Below, in pieces: positions 11,901 through 21,700 of a DNA stretch of 64,000 nucleotides. The stretch spans positions 1-64,000 of the forward strand of contig QPMI01000517.1 of assembly GCA_004431415.1 (NCBI GenBank), written 5' to 3'. The notes under the pieces are model-generated. The model made no database searches, was not told where the DNA came from, and saw only the letters and a program-made list of their open reading frames with translations. Both the position numbers and the translations under genes were made by a program. Every line of letters begins with the position of its first letter. Position 1 is the first letter of the stretch. Source of the DNA: Cyanophora paradoxa CCMP329 (lineage: Eukaryota > Plantae > Glaucophyta).

Positions 11901-13192
11901 GGTTTCCCCGTCTGCTTCTTGTCGTTGGCCGGTGCAGGTATAGCTGCCGTGTATGCCGAGTTCGGGTTCGGTTGTCCGGAGCTTGGATGAGTGTAAACCG
12001 CGGACGCCCCGAGGGGTGCCCGGCTTGAACTCTTCCTACGCTTCGAATGTCCCGAGCTGGAGTCAGAGCCGTCAGAGTCGTCTGAGCTCTGCGATTGCCG
12101 TCGTGCACGTTGCTCCCGTCGTTGTTCCCGGCGCTGTTCCCGCTCGACTCGAGAGATCTTCTTGGAAGACTTAGCCTCCCCAGTCGATGCCGAGCGGACC
12201 TCGACGAAGAGGCCAGGTGGTATAGCGGCGAAGGCGTCGGTCATGAAAGAAGCAAGCTTCATTTCCCTGAAGTCTGCTGAAGCGTCGTCCTCGGGTTCGT
12301 GTTCGAGGGCGATCCGCTTCAATTCAGGTATCTTGTCGCGGGCGTTCAGGAAGTTACGGTACCGGTTGTGACCCTCCTGGGTGTTCATGTTGGTGTAAGA
12401 TCCCCCACTGTGCCCAGCGCGTCGGTTGATCTGGCTCTCCAGCGTCTTCACAATGTCGATGGGCTTCATCTTCTGTCCGTCTGGGAGGAGGGTCGAGGAT
12501 GGGAGTAAGTCGTGTACGGCCTTCAGCGCGTCGGGTAAAGGACTGCCGTCGTAAGGTGACTTGAGGCGCGTGTCCAAGGCCTCACTCTCCTCGGGGCTAA
12601 TCTTGCTGATGAGGAATCGCATGTATGAGGGGAGGCCCTTGATCGTGCCGGGTTGATCGAGCGCGGCTTCAGCGCTCTCAAGTTCGGCGTTGGCCTTCTT
12701 AAGGCGTTCCAGTAACCGCTGCCCGTTGAAGCTCTGCCTCTCCGTCTTGCTCATGGCCAAGATGCGCTTGCCGAGCTCCTGGCATCTCTCGTCGGCCGCC
12801 TCCTTGGCGTTGACCTTGACAGCGGTGCCTTGCACAAGGGTCGATACGATGGACCTGAGGCCTGCCGACAGGGCTTGCAGTAGAACAAGGAGGAGGGCGA
12901 GGCTCTTCTGAGAGCCGTCGTTCTCGGTCGAGTACTTCTTGGGGTCCGATGCAGCAATGGCGCGGCCGTCGTTGATATGAGTAATGACGCCCTCAGGTTT
13001 GAGGGGCTGGCCGGGGCTGGTGGCGATGAGCCCCTCCGCAATCTTCACGCGCGTCGGGGGCTCTGCGTCGACTCCGCCGCGTAGCTGCGAGGACTCCGCA
13101 CGGTTGGTCGCCGCAATCTCAGCCGAGTCGCCGTACGCGTGCGTCGGCACCGGGTTCCGGATGCGGGAGCCGCCATGCTCGTCGCGGTTCAT
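8852..13192 (-). CDS. Gag-like protein (~1446 aa from ATG 13192) with two zinc knuckles and a long C-terminal extension
   Basis: CFNCQGYGHRQSEC and CRLCNSTEHLQANC at 11456-11554, followed by an RGG/Gly-rich box, Pro/Thr-rich repeats and APATAGA repeats. The ORF-track start (13381) is a GTG inside the leader repeats. Confidence 0.85.
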   Translation of the reverse strand: MNRDEHGGSRIRNPVPTHAYGDSAEIAATNRAESSQLRGGVDAEPPTRVKIAEGLIATSPGQPLKPEGVITHINDGRAIAASDPKKYSTENDGSQKSLALLLVLLQALSAGLRSIVSTLVQGTAVKVNAKEAADERCQELGKRILAMSKTERQSFNGQRLLERLKKANAELESAEAALDQPGTIKGLPSYMRFLISKISPEESEALDTRLKSPYDGSPLPDALKAVHDLLPSSTLLPDGQKMKPIDIVKTLESQINRRAGHSGGSYTNMNTQEGHNRYRNFLNARDKIPELKRIALEHEPEDDASADFREMKLASFMTDAFAAIPPGLFVEVRSASTGEAKSSKKISRVEREQRREQRREQRARRQSQSSDDSDGSDSSSGHSKRRKSSSRAPLGASAVYTHPSSGQPNPNSAYTAAIPAPANDKKQTGKPNYNYPRVEKITAIKQREGYHRAEKPKHRGTNHDFYCWRCPDNLPPAERHHYADDYLECPRHDYRYKLLEMIQSGDNNPIVRMAAETCKIPTGSNGQTAPTQPTQNAAANPTSNLQCFNCQGYGHRQSECTQPKKCRLCNSTEHLQANCPRNGNRDGGGGAGGGNKDTYPWGRGDRGGRGGRGGGRGGGRGGGRGGGGGPSSRPPLGITANDNPTTTTDAPKTPATTPAPTCPSDTTTPLTTGVPQTPATTPAPVGPPGTTASLHTPTVPTTATQAPATMPAPTNPVETPVLQTVPVHVAQPVPMGEVPAPTTTSAPAPTSTPTEQQIAELVQEARTRATKPHFQPRPVNVTQALYDLQREEVRVSAVTSTVLDKVNRALAKMANLGARAATPTRPKSNKYTTKFGFIRERISAITQAAAIPVRRIEVDKNATKTCWNTDTCAEHLQGPLVKTLQDVTARAANLGLEIAATKAALTSKGGKTTNVSTAKAHDGQPPVASTAQKPVVEHATPVISPTVNQIVEPAECIAEYVGPLTTYLREVLGYMHRRRLANPVYFREVPGSAWFTHGFPGCDFRQAFIDAVLYCPQLKHITILFGHKGAGLCATAAGAREQALQNGSTDVDDVTMLHRYPIPHEHVRPIFHHALDYNVNKLAAPQRQHHPLAETAGESDLSTFPDVVQYEPHGDVGGETTFIHECCDRCKPITIQQSAAGALEPREIHGQSRQPSNGPADRALHLHLTTLVDSLRSLGQAHPANAAAGRPQYITLLKRTAVQAFWNGNPVAGTDMDRPCVPDARPLSGDRDHEHWDTLAEHPVQQPPDLTDRLNLTTAIRATILRRTTSADLILLNEWAKRTANAINTGAWQQAVNWTRRDRPSDNYNLERTLAPATAGAVPVPTTRDITPAPATAGAITVPTARDSVPAPTTAGAVHVPPPPHSTPTPAIADGVAQPPPTSLEMPLDRGTQWTSEQVSLIRGWAESVHNRTRRENVDLWELYNCSPTAALTWIVTMMPPRRTPR

Positions 13193-13244
13193 GTTGACGT
13201 TGATGGTCTCTGAGTGATTTCGAAGACCGTCGGTGAACGGAGCG

Positions 13245-13810
13245 CAGCCGCTGCGTGAGCGGGTGTGATCTGAAGTAAGATGTACGGTGGTGATGGTCCT
13301 GAGAGCTGAGGTGCTCCGTAGACCGGCGACGAAGTCGAGGATGATCTTCTGAGCGGGGTGCTCTGAAGATCGACGACGCACAGATCTCAGCCGCTACGTG
13401 AGCGGGTGTGATCTGTAAAAATAGATGACGGGGTGGATGATCTTCTGAGCTGAGGTGCTCTGAAGATCGACGACGCACGGATCTCAGCCGCTACGTGAGC
13501 GGGTGTGATCTGTAAAAATAGATGACGGGGTTGATGATCTTCTGAGCTGAGGTGCTCTGAAGATCGACGACGCACAGATCTCAGCCGCTACGTGAGCGGG
13601 TGCGATCCGTACAAGTTGACGAGGGGGTTGACGGTGGCCTTCTGAGCGGGGTGCTCGGAAGATCGACGTACAGATTTCAGCCGCTACGTGAGCGGGTGCG
13701 ATCCGTACAAGTTGACGACGGGGTTGACGGTGATCTTCTGAGCGGGGTGCTCTGAAGATCGACGTACAGATTTCAGCCGCTACGTGAGCGGGTGCGATCC
13801 GTACAGGTTG
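13245..13810. repeat. Tandem array of ~6 copies of a 96-97-bp unit in the retrotransposon 5' leader
   Basis: Core CAGCCGCTACGTGAGCGGGTG recurs at ~13388, 13485, 13582, 13678 and 13774, plus a degenerate copy at ~13245. Confidence 0.95.
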
Positions 13811-14445
13811 CTCGTTTACGTCCTGCGTGTCACGTACGCGGCGTATGCCGGTGTGTCCGTAACGTACTGCGTCGCGATCGCGGCCGCCGTGTGGCCGACT
13901 ACGAGGGCGAGGGCAGTCGAGCAGTCACTGCGTGTCGTTGGCCGAGCTGCTGACAGTGTTGTCAACAGCTGCGGAGCTCTCAGCGCGCGTGCACGAGCAC
14001 GACGATCGCGACGAGAGTACGACACGACAGCGACAGCAACGTGCAGTGCAGATCGCGCACCGATACACGTTGCCCTTTAGGCGTAACGAGCCGCAAGTCA
14101 CGGGTCGCTACACGTAAAGGTCGAGTGATTTCGCCTCACTCTCTCCTGCACTGGGGCAGCGAGCCGCAAGACACGGGTCACTGCCTGCAGCGAGTGTTCG
14201 TTCCCGCACGTGTCCTGCGTAGAGCAAGGCACGCCGCGCGACAAGTTTGGCGAAGGGACAAGGAAGTCAGCTCCGTCAGTTAGGTCGTGCTCCGGCCGGT
14301 CGGCGCGTCCAGCGGGCACGCGGTCGTGTAGTCTAGCACGTCCGTCGAGGATGACGCACTCTCCTCCCGCGGGTTCACGCCAGGTGGCGGCGGGTCGTTG
14401 TCGAACCGCCGTCAGGCCAGCGATCGTCCCGGCGAGGGTCAAATA

Positions 14446-14463
14446 GGCTTAGTTAGTGTCCCA
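14446..14463 (-). promoter_or_regulatory. Candidate primer-binding-site position (TGGGACACTAACTAAGCC)
   Basis: Minus strand reads ..ATCACA T TGGGAC.., the LTR-end CA + 1 nt + TGG layout. Its complement does not look like a standard tRNA 3' end. Confidence 0.3.
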
Positions 14464-14464
14464 A

Positions 14465-14695
14465 TGTGATCCCAGCCCCATGCCTAGGCAGCAGGCGCGC
14501 AGGCGTAGCACGAACGGGTCGCAGCTGGGCTTCTTACAGGACTGAGGGGGTATCGAACAACGTAGGGGGGGGGTACAGAATCTGTCTACGAACCGGCAAC
14601 GCCGGAGGAGTCCTAGGCACTGCGGAGGTACCGGCAAGTCTATGAGCTATTGAGAAGTGCTACAGCCTCAGCCCGCGCACTAGCACTATACTACA
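14465..14695 (-). repeat. Candidate 5' LTR (~230 bp)
   Basis: Minus strand begins TGTAGT and ends ATCACA, directly before the TGG motif. The partner LTR is outside the window, so this is unverified. Confidence 0.35.
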
Positions 14696-14917
14696 GAGTG
14701 GCTCGAAGGCCTGAATTTCGCGTCCCGTCGAGCCCCCAGTTTCTGAGAATTCGAAGCGCCCGCATGTGTCTCGATTCGATATCGATACGTATTCGATCTG
14801 TGTCATTATAACGTGCCCTGATCATGATGCCATGATGGCTCCCTATGCGGATGCACTAAACTAGCTACTAGCCTAAGTCGATGGGCCGGGGATCGCACGG
14901 CCGCGCCGCCCCATCAT

Positions 14918-17900
14918 CTATCGCCGCTTGGCGACGACGACCGTCTGGCCGTACTTCGTGTGCAGGTGGGCAATGAGGCGCTGCCGCTCCGCCGTGGCGG
15001 CCGCCGCCGCCGCCAGCCGCTGCCGGATCCAATCAGATCAAATCAGATCGAATCCGATCCAAGAGGATCGAATCACGGACCTGGCGGGCGATGGACATGA
15101 GGGCGTCCCGCTCGCTCGTCGCGCGGGGCGCCGTCGTCGGTGCTGTGAACGAAACAGTCGCTAAGAGAGAGAGAGAAGAGCGGAGCGAAGAAGCAGGGGG
15201 CGGAGCGAGCGGAGCGCACCGGGGGCGCGGAGGCCGCCGGACACAAGGGCGCGGCGCGCAGCCATCTTCGAGAAGTCGGGCGAGTGGTGCCGCTGGGCCC
15301 CGATGAGGGCGTCCTTGGCGCCCGGCGCCGCCTCGCCCGTGGGGAGCTCGCCCGTCCCCGCCGGCTTCGGCGTCAGCATCCGCGCCCGCGCCTCGCGCGA
15401 GAGCTGCCGCTCGATGCGGAAGCCCGGCGTCCGCCCCGCGAGCTGCCCGCCCGAGGAGGAAAGTGAGCTCGGATCAAATCAGAGCAGATCGAATCAGCTT
15501 TGCTCGCTCGCTCGCACCCGGTCGGCGCTGCCCGGGGCGTCGTAGACGAGGCTGTGGGCGTACTCGAAGGAGCCCTCCTGCCGCTTCAGCGCCGTCGCCG
15601 CCTCGTGCGCCTCGGGAAGAAGCGCGGCGGCCGCCGCGTGCGAGGCCGAAGCGGAGCCGGCGACAGAGGGCGCCGCCGCCGGCGGCTGGCGGAAGGCGGC
15701 GCCGGCGGAGGCGGGCCGCGAGGCGGCGGCGCCCCGCGAGAGGCGGCCCGAGGCGAGGCCGAAGCCCGCGGCGGAGCTGGGCCGCGTGCTCCCCGCGGTG
15801 CGGGGGCGCGAGCCGGCCGCCGAGGCGCTGCCCGAGGGCGAGGAGAGCATGTTGGCCGACCCGGGCCGCCCCAGCATCGCGTGGAACTCGCCCGTGTTCC
15901 GCGCCCGCTTCTTCCCGTACTCCAACGCCCCGTCGTACTGCGAGGAAAAGGCTCTATGAGAGAGGGGTACGTCGAGAAAGCATGAGATGATTCGAACCAT
16001 GAGGTTGTGGGCGTAGGGCCCCGTGGACTGCGGGCGCATGACGCGGCCGTGGGAGGGGAACGTGTTCTGCGTGAAGTCGCGGGAGGCGTTGGACCGGTTC
16101 TCCTCGGCCCGCGTCAGGTTGTTCTTGAAGAGGACGTCGTAGGGGCGCCTCGTCACGAGCGACTCGCTGCAGTCCAGGCGCGCCGCGGGGTGCGCCTCGC
16201 CCGAGGCGGAGGCGGAGGCGGAGGCGGCGGCCGAGGCGGGGCGGGAGGCGGGGCCGCCCTGGCCGTCCGCGGCGGCCCGAGAGCCGGTGGGGCGTCCCGG
16301 GCGACCTGCGCGCGCGCGGGCGGGCGGCGGTGGGCGGCGGGCGGCGGGCAGCCGGCGCGGGGCGGCGCGGGGCCTAGGACCCGGGATGGCTGGGGCGGAC
16401 CTGGCGGGAGAAGTCGGGGACGAGGATGTTGCGGCCCGAGACGGCGTCCACGCCCAGCGGGTCCGCCGCGCTGCGGGCGAGGCGGCGGCGAGGTCAAGGC
16501 ACGCTTCAAGGGCGGAGGCACAGCCATAGCTTAGTGGATAGAGCTTAGGTCGTGGATAGAGCTTAGTAGCTGCATAGCCACGTGATGCTTTAAGATGCCC
16601 TAAGTCTTCTCCCGCTAGCCACAAGCTAGCCGCAAGCTGGGCCGAGCCGGCGGGGTTGGGACGTCTCTTTGAGGCGGGCCGGGCCGGACCTGTAGACGAG
16701 GTTGTGGGCGTGCGCGAAGGCGTGCTCCTGCTCCTGCGCCGCCCGGCTCACCCGCTGCTCCCGCGGCACCTGCGGGCGAGGGAGGGAGGAGGCTCAGAGG
16801 AGGAAGAACACGATAGAGAGCTCGATCCCGGAGCACCTGGAGCTTGAAGGGGACGCCCCCGCTCGCCGAGCCTGGCCTGGAGGAGGCGCGCCCGGAGCCG
16901 GAGCGGAGCGCGAGCGCCGGGTCGGGCGGCTGGTAGACCCCGTCCGACATCTGGAGCGGGGTGTGCCGCGGGATCGGCGCCGACCGGTCGCCCGTCTTCG
17001 AGAAGTCGTACACGGGCGTCCTCCTCGCCACGACCTGTCAAGAGATTAATAATTAGACGAGATTAAGCGTTCTCTGATTAAGTGCCTCCTCCTTCGGCTC
17101 GTAGGCGACGTCGGGGGCCTCGCCAGCCTTGGGGGGGAAGAGCCGCCCCGAGGGGGGGCGCTCGCGGGAGGGCGAGCGGAAGGCGCTGGAGGGGCGGAGG
17201 GGCTTCTCGGGGGGCGCCTCGAAGAGCCGGTCGGAGGGCGGCGGGGAGGGCGGCCGGTCGCGGGGCGGCGTGGAGGCGCGCGGGGCGAAGGTGGGTACGT
17301 GCTGGGCCTTGTCGATGACCCCGAAGCGGGGGCGGTAGTGCCCGATGGGGGGGGCGTCCTCGGGGGGAGGGCGCGGGTCGGGTGGGATGGCCGGCGTGCC
17401 GTCCGGGGTCTCGCGGAACCCCCGCCCGGACCGGTACGTCGTTCGGAAGTAGTGGGAACTGCGTACCCCGGCCTGCGCGGGGCGTCGGCGTCGGCGTCGC
17501 CGGCGGAAGGCGGGGCGGGGCCGGGCGGCGCGGGGGCGGGGCGGCGCGTGGCGGGGCGTGCTATCCTTGCGATCTTATCTAGTTTATGTTAAGAATAACT
17601 GGTTCTTTGGTCGCTGATGGCGGGGGGAGGGGGCGGAGCGCACCGGCGCGGAGCGCGGCCGGTACCACTTTGCGGAGCGCGCGGCGAGGCGGGAGGCGGT
17701 GCTCTTGCCCGGGGCCCAGCGCCCGCGCCGCGCCGCCTCCTCGGCGGCGTCTACCCCCGGAGAGTCGCCGTCGCCGCCGTGGCCATGGCCAGGCGCCTCG
17801 TCCGAGCGCGCCGGCGGCGCGGCGGGGGCGACGCCGTGGTACTCGATGGCCCGGTACTTGGGGCGGCTGTGCGCGAGCTCGAGGAGCGACATGTTGAGGC

Positions 17901-18399
17901 TCGCCGCGTTCACGGTCTGCAGCGGGCGGAACGGGCCGGCGGACGCGGGCCGCCGCTCCGCCGCGGAGGAGGAGGCCGCCGATGTCGGCCGCGGGCGGCG
18001 CACGCCGGCCTGCGGCCCGTCCATCGCATCCAGCCCGTCCGGGCCCTGCATCGCCGAGAGGCGCGGCGAGGAGGAGATGGGCTTGTCGCGCCCCCGGTCC
18101 ACGTTGTAGTCGAAGAGCTCCTCGGCATCCTGCGCCGCGTCGCCCGTCCCGTAGTCCTCCAGGATCTTTGGGCCGTCGCCCTGAGCGTACGACGACCGGA
18201 CCCCCGCGCTCCTTTCTGCTCGGGCCGCGTCAGGGCCGGCACCCTAGCCCGCGCGGGGCGAGCGGCGGCGGCACGCACCCCGCTCCTCGCGCGTCTTCAG
18301 ACCTGCGCCGCCGATTGCTACATAGCCCGCGCGGGAGACGGCCGGAGCAGGTTGCAGGAGGTCCGTCAGGTCCGCCGACAGGCGGCCGAGGGACGCCAT
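14918..18399 (-). CDS. Multi-exon low-complexity protein with SHIPPO/STPG-like (sperm-tail PG-rich) repeats; possible flagellar protein
   Basis: Spliced reading MASLGRLSADL..EELFDYNVDRGRDKP.., with motifs APPIGHYRPRFGVIDKAQHVPTF, YDFSKTGDR, PDFSKMAAR and many RPSSA/RPASA; ends ..HTKYGQTVVVAKRR* (TAG 14918-14920). Gene presence is solid; the family call is tentative. Confidence 0.6.
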
Positions 18400-18751
18400 G
18401 CTGAAGCTTTGGGCAGGCCCCTCTGGCCCACAGCTAACTCCGCTAGCTGCGGCTGCTGCCGGCGGGCGGCGGGCTAACTTGGCTAAGTTGGGCTATCTTA
18501 GCTGCAGGCTCTGAGGCGGCTCGGCGCTCGTTCTGCGCTGTCTAGCAGCAACGCTGGTCTTTGAAAAGCGCCCAGGGAGCGACTGGACGCCCGAGGCCAC
18601 AACGTTGCGAGTGTGGGGGATGGAACCGGGGGTACGCTAGCGGAGCGACGTCATAGCAGATCGTGGCCTAGCGGGCTTTCGTCTTGTTAAGTACCGGCAG
18701 CAGATCACTATCAGCGCTTTGCGCCTCCAGCGACCCTCCGTTGTCGTCGCG
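18400..18751. promoter_or_regulatory. Short divergent (putative bidirectional) promoter region
   Basis: Only ~350 bp separate the two head-to-head ATGs (18399 minus, 18752 plus). Confidence 0.4.
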
Positions 18752-21700
18752 ATGTTTCAGGCGTCGGCGCTTCCGGCTCGGCAGCACGCGCCGGCCGCAC
18801 CGCAGCCAGCCTGCTCGTACACTCCGCGCGCGTGCGCTAACAGCTTGGCCGGCCCAGCGCGTGCTCGTCGGCCGATCGGCTGCGCGCACGCCGTCGACCG
18901 CACGGCGTTCCTGGGCGGCGCGGCGCGCCTGCACAGCGCTGCAAGGCATCCGTTCAGCACAAGAACATCGAGGCCGTTCTTCGTCGCCGGCGCCGCCGCG
19001 GGCCAGGCCAGCGCCAGCGCCGGGGCGCCGAGCGCTTCGCGTGCGGCGGGGGACATCGATGCGGGGGAGGAGCGCATGTCGCTGCCGGCGCGGCTGTTCG
19101 CTCGGATCCTCGACGGCATCTTCGCGAGGCGGGGCGAGGAGGCGCGGACGGCGTGGCAGCTGATGCGGCCGGAGTCGGGGCGCCTGGCCCGCGGCCTCGC
19201 GAGCGCAGCGGTCGCGACCACGACGAACGTCATATCGCCGCTGCTCTTCGGCTCGCTCATCGACAGCGTCGTGCGCGCCCGACGGCCCCGCGCGCCCCGC
19301 GTCGCCCGCCATCCTACAGCTCAGCCGCGCGCGCGCGCAGTTCGCGGGGGACCGGGCGCGCTTCTGGCGGACGGTCGCCGGCATGGTCGTCATCTACGTC
19401 CTGGAGCCGCTGCTGACGGCCCTCTACGTCTCCAACATGTCCGCCGCAGGCGAGCGAGCCAGCGAGCCCGGCCCTCATCAGACCGACAGATAGATAGATC
19501 TTCAAAGAATTTAGAAGCTTCCTAACAGTTTCGCAGGCGAGCGGTCCCTGGAGCGACTCCGGCGGGCCCTCCTCGCCGCCCTCCTCCGCGAGCGTATCCA
19601 GTTCTTCGACGAGACCCCCGTGCGCTGTACCCCCCTACCCCCGCTCGCCCCCCTTCCCTCCTCGATTTGAAAATTCGATGCCACCCCTGCCGACCCTCGC
19701 GCCCTCTTTAATTCGATCCGCTTCCCGCCCGCTCTACCCCCCAACCCCCCCCCCCCTCCACCCCCACCACCCACCTCTACCCCTCCTCCGTTCTCTCGCA
19801 CACCCCCTCCTCCCCCCGCTTCCCTCCCTCTCGTACCCCCCGCCTCGGCTGACTCTCGGGGCAGGCTGCGTCGATCGGGGGCGTGCTGGGGGCCGACGTG
19901 GCCTCCCTGAAGGTGCCCCCGTCCGAGCTCCCAGCCTCTAAGCCAACGAAAGCCTGTCGCCCCCTGTCGCCTGTCGCCCCAACGAAAGCTCCAAGCTCAC
20001 AATCAAAGCTCATAGCCTCTAAGCTAACGAAAGCCCATAAGCCTCTTAGACTAAGCCAATGAAAGGTAATGAAAGCCGAAGCTCTAACCTCTTGCCCTCC
20101 GCTGCCCGCCCTCGGCTTGTCGCCCCCTGGCCTCCTGACCCCCCCCCCTTCCCCCCCCCGCAGGGCCTGTGGCTGGGGAACCTGCAGCGGGACCGCGGCC
20201 TTCGCGCCCTCCTCGAGCTCTCCGCAGGCTCCCTCGTCCTCCTCCGCCTCAACGCCGCCGTACCCCCCCACTCCCCTCCCCCCGTCCCTTCTTCCCCCCC
20301 CCCCAATTTATATCATCATAGCTTTACGCCCTCTACCGCTCTACCCGCCTCCCCCTGCCCCCTTCCCTCCCCCCCCCCCCCTTCTCCGCTCCCTTCTCCG
20401 TGAGCTCTCCCCCCCCCCCTCCCTCCCCTCCCTTCCCCTCCTCCCTACCTACCTCCTTCCTACCCTACCCTCCCCAGCCCCTTCTCCTCTCCCCCCCCTT
20501 CCCTGCTGCGCCTCGGCTGACTGCGTTCGCAGCTCGCGCTCCCGTTCCTCCTCGTGCTGGGCCCCGTCGCAATGATCGCCGTCATGCGCGCCCCCCCCCC
20601 CCCCTCCTTCCCCCCCCCTCCCCTGACTTCGTTCGCAGCTTCGGGACGCGGGCGGTGGCGCTGGCGGGGGAGGAGGCCCGCGCCGTCGGCGGCGCCAACG
20701 CCCTCGCCGGTGCCCTTCCCGTCCCCTGTCGTTTATAATTAGCTTCGCTAACTGTTGTCGCTCAGGTGAGGTCGTGTCCAACGTGCGTATCTTATCTCGG
20801 CCCGGCACAGCTTAGCGCCGCACGGCTCGGCTCAGACTCAGATCCGCTCAGATCCGGACGGTGCGGACCTTCTCGTCCTCGGTCCAGGCGGCCATCGCGG
20901 ATCGCTTCGGGGAGGAGGCGGGGCGCGCGGGGCGCGCCGCCCGCGCCGCCGGCCGCGCCGCCGGCCTCAAGGAGGCCGTCACCCGCGCCTCCATAAACGT
21001 GCGCTCAGATCTGATCTGATCCGATCCGATCCGATCCGATCTGATCCGATCTGATCTGATCTGATCTGAGCAGCTGACGATCCTGGCGGTGGCCGTGTTC
21101 GGCGGCCGCCTGGTCCTCGCGGGGCGCATGCGGCCCGGCGTGATGAGCTCGTTCCTGGGGTACAGCTTCTCGCTCAACTTCGCCCTGCAGGGCCTCTCCT
21201 ACTCCGCCTCCGACCTTCGGAACGCCGCGGGGCCGGCCTCCCGTGTCCTAGGGACCCTCCTCCGCGCCCCGGCTCCGGAGGAGAAGGAGGCTTCTTCCAA
21301 CTCCTCCCCCCCCTCCCCCTCCTCCCCCTCCTACTCCTCCTCGGCCGAAGGGGAGGGTCGTACCCCCACGCCGGCGGCGCTCCACGGGCGGGTGGCCTTC
21401 CGCGGCGTTCGGTTCCGGTACCCGTCCCGGCCCGAGACCCTCGTCCTCGACGACCTCTCGTTCGAGGCCCGCCGGGCCCCTTTCTTTTCTCTCGTTCTCC
21501 CCCTTGTTCTATTTATAGGAGCGCAGATTGAACCCGGGCAGAAGCTTGCCCTCGTGGGGCCCTCCGGCGCCGGCAAGGTTCTACCCCTCTCGCTTCCCCC
21601 TATCCCTCCGCCCCCTGAACTCACTCGCCCCCCCCCCCCCCCCCCCCTCTCCTGCCCCCCGGCCCTCCCCTCCCCCCCCTCAGAGCACGGTGACGCACCT

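Larger units (their letters stand above)
1..14695 (-). mobile_element. Very large LTR-type retrotransposon, 5' part (candidate LTR, leader repeats, gag, extra ORFs, protease); continues beyond left edge
   Basis: Intronless minus-strand block with retroviral-order landmarks: candidate TG..CA LTR followed by a TGG motif, Gag-like ORF with two CX2CX4HX4C knuckles, and a downstream aspartic protease motif ALVDTGA. RT, RNase H and integrase are not in the window, so the superfamily is unresolved. The right boundary is tentative. Confidence 0.8.

Noticed and set aside
13193-13381. N-terminal 63 aa of the 1509-aa ORF
   Set aside because: It starts at a GTG inside the non-coding repeat, and the same peptide appears in three frames. 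ATG 13192 is the more plausible start.
13245-13810. CRISPR array or hammerhead ribozymes in the leader repeats
   Set aside because: The units are whole tandem repeats without unique spacers, and there are no cas genes. CTGAAGA is present on the plus strand but has no properly placed GAAA or three-way junction.
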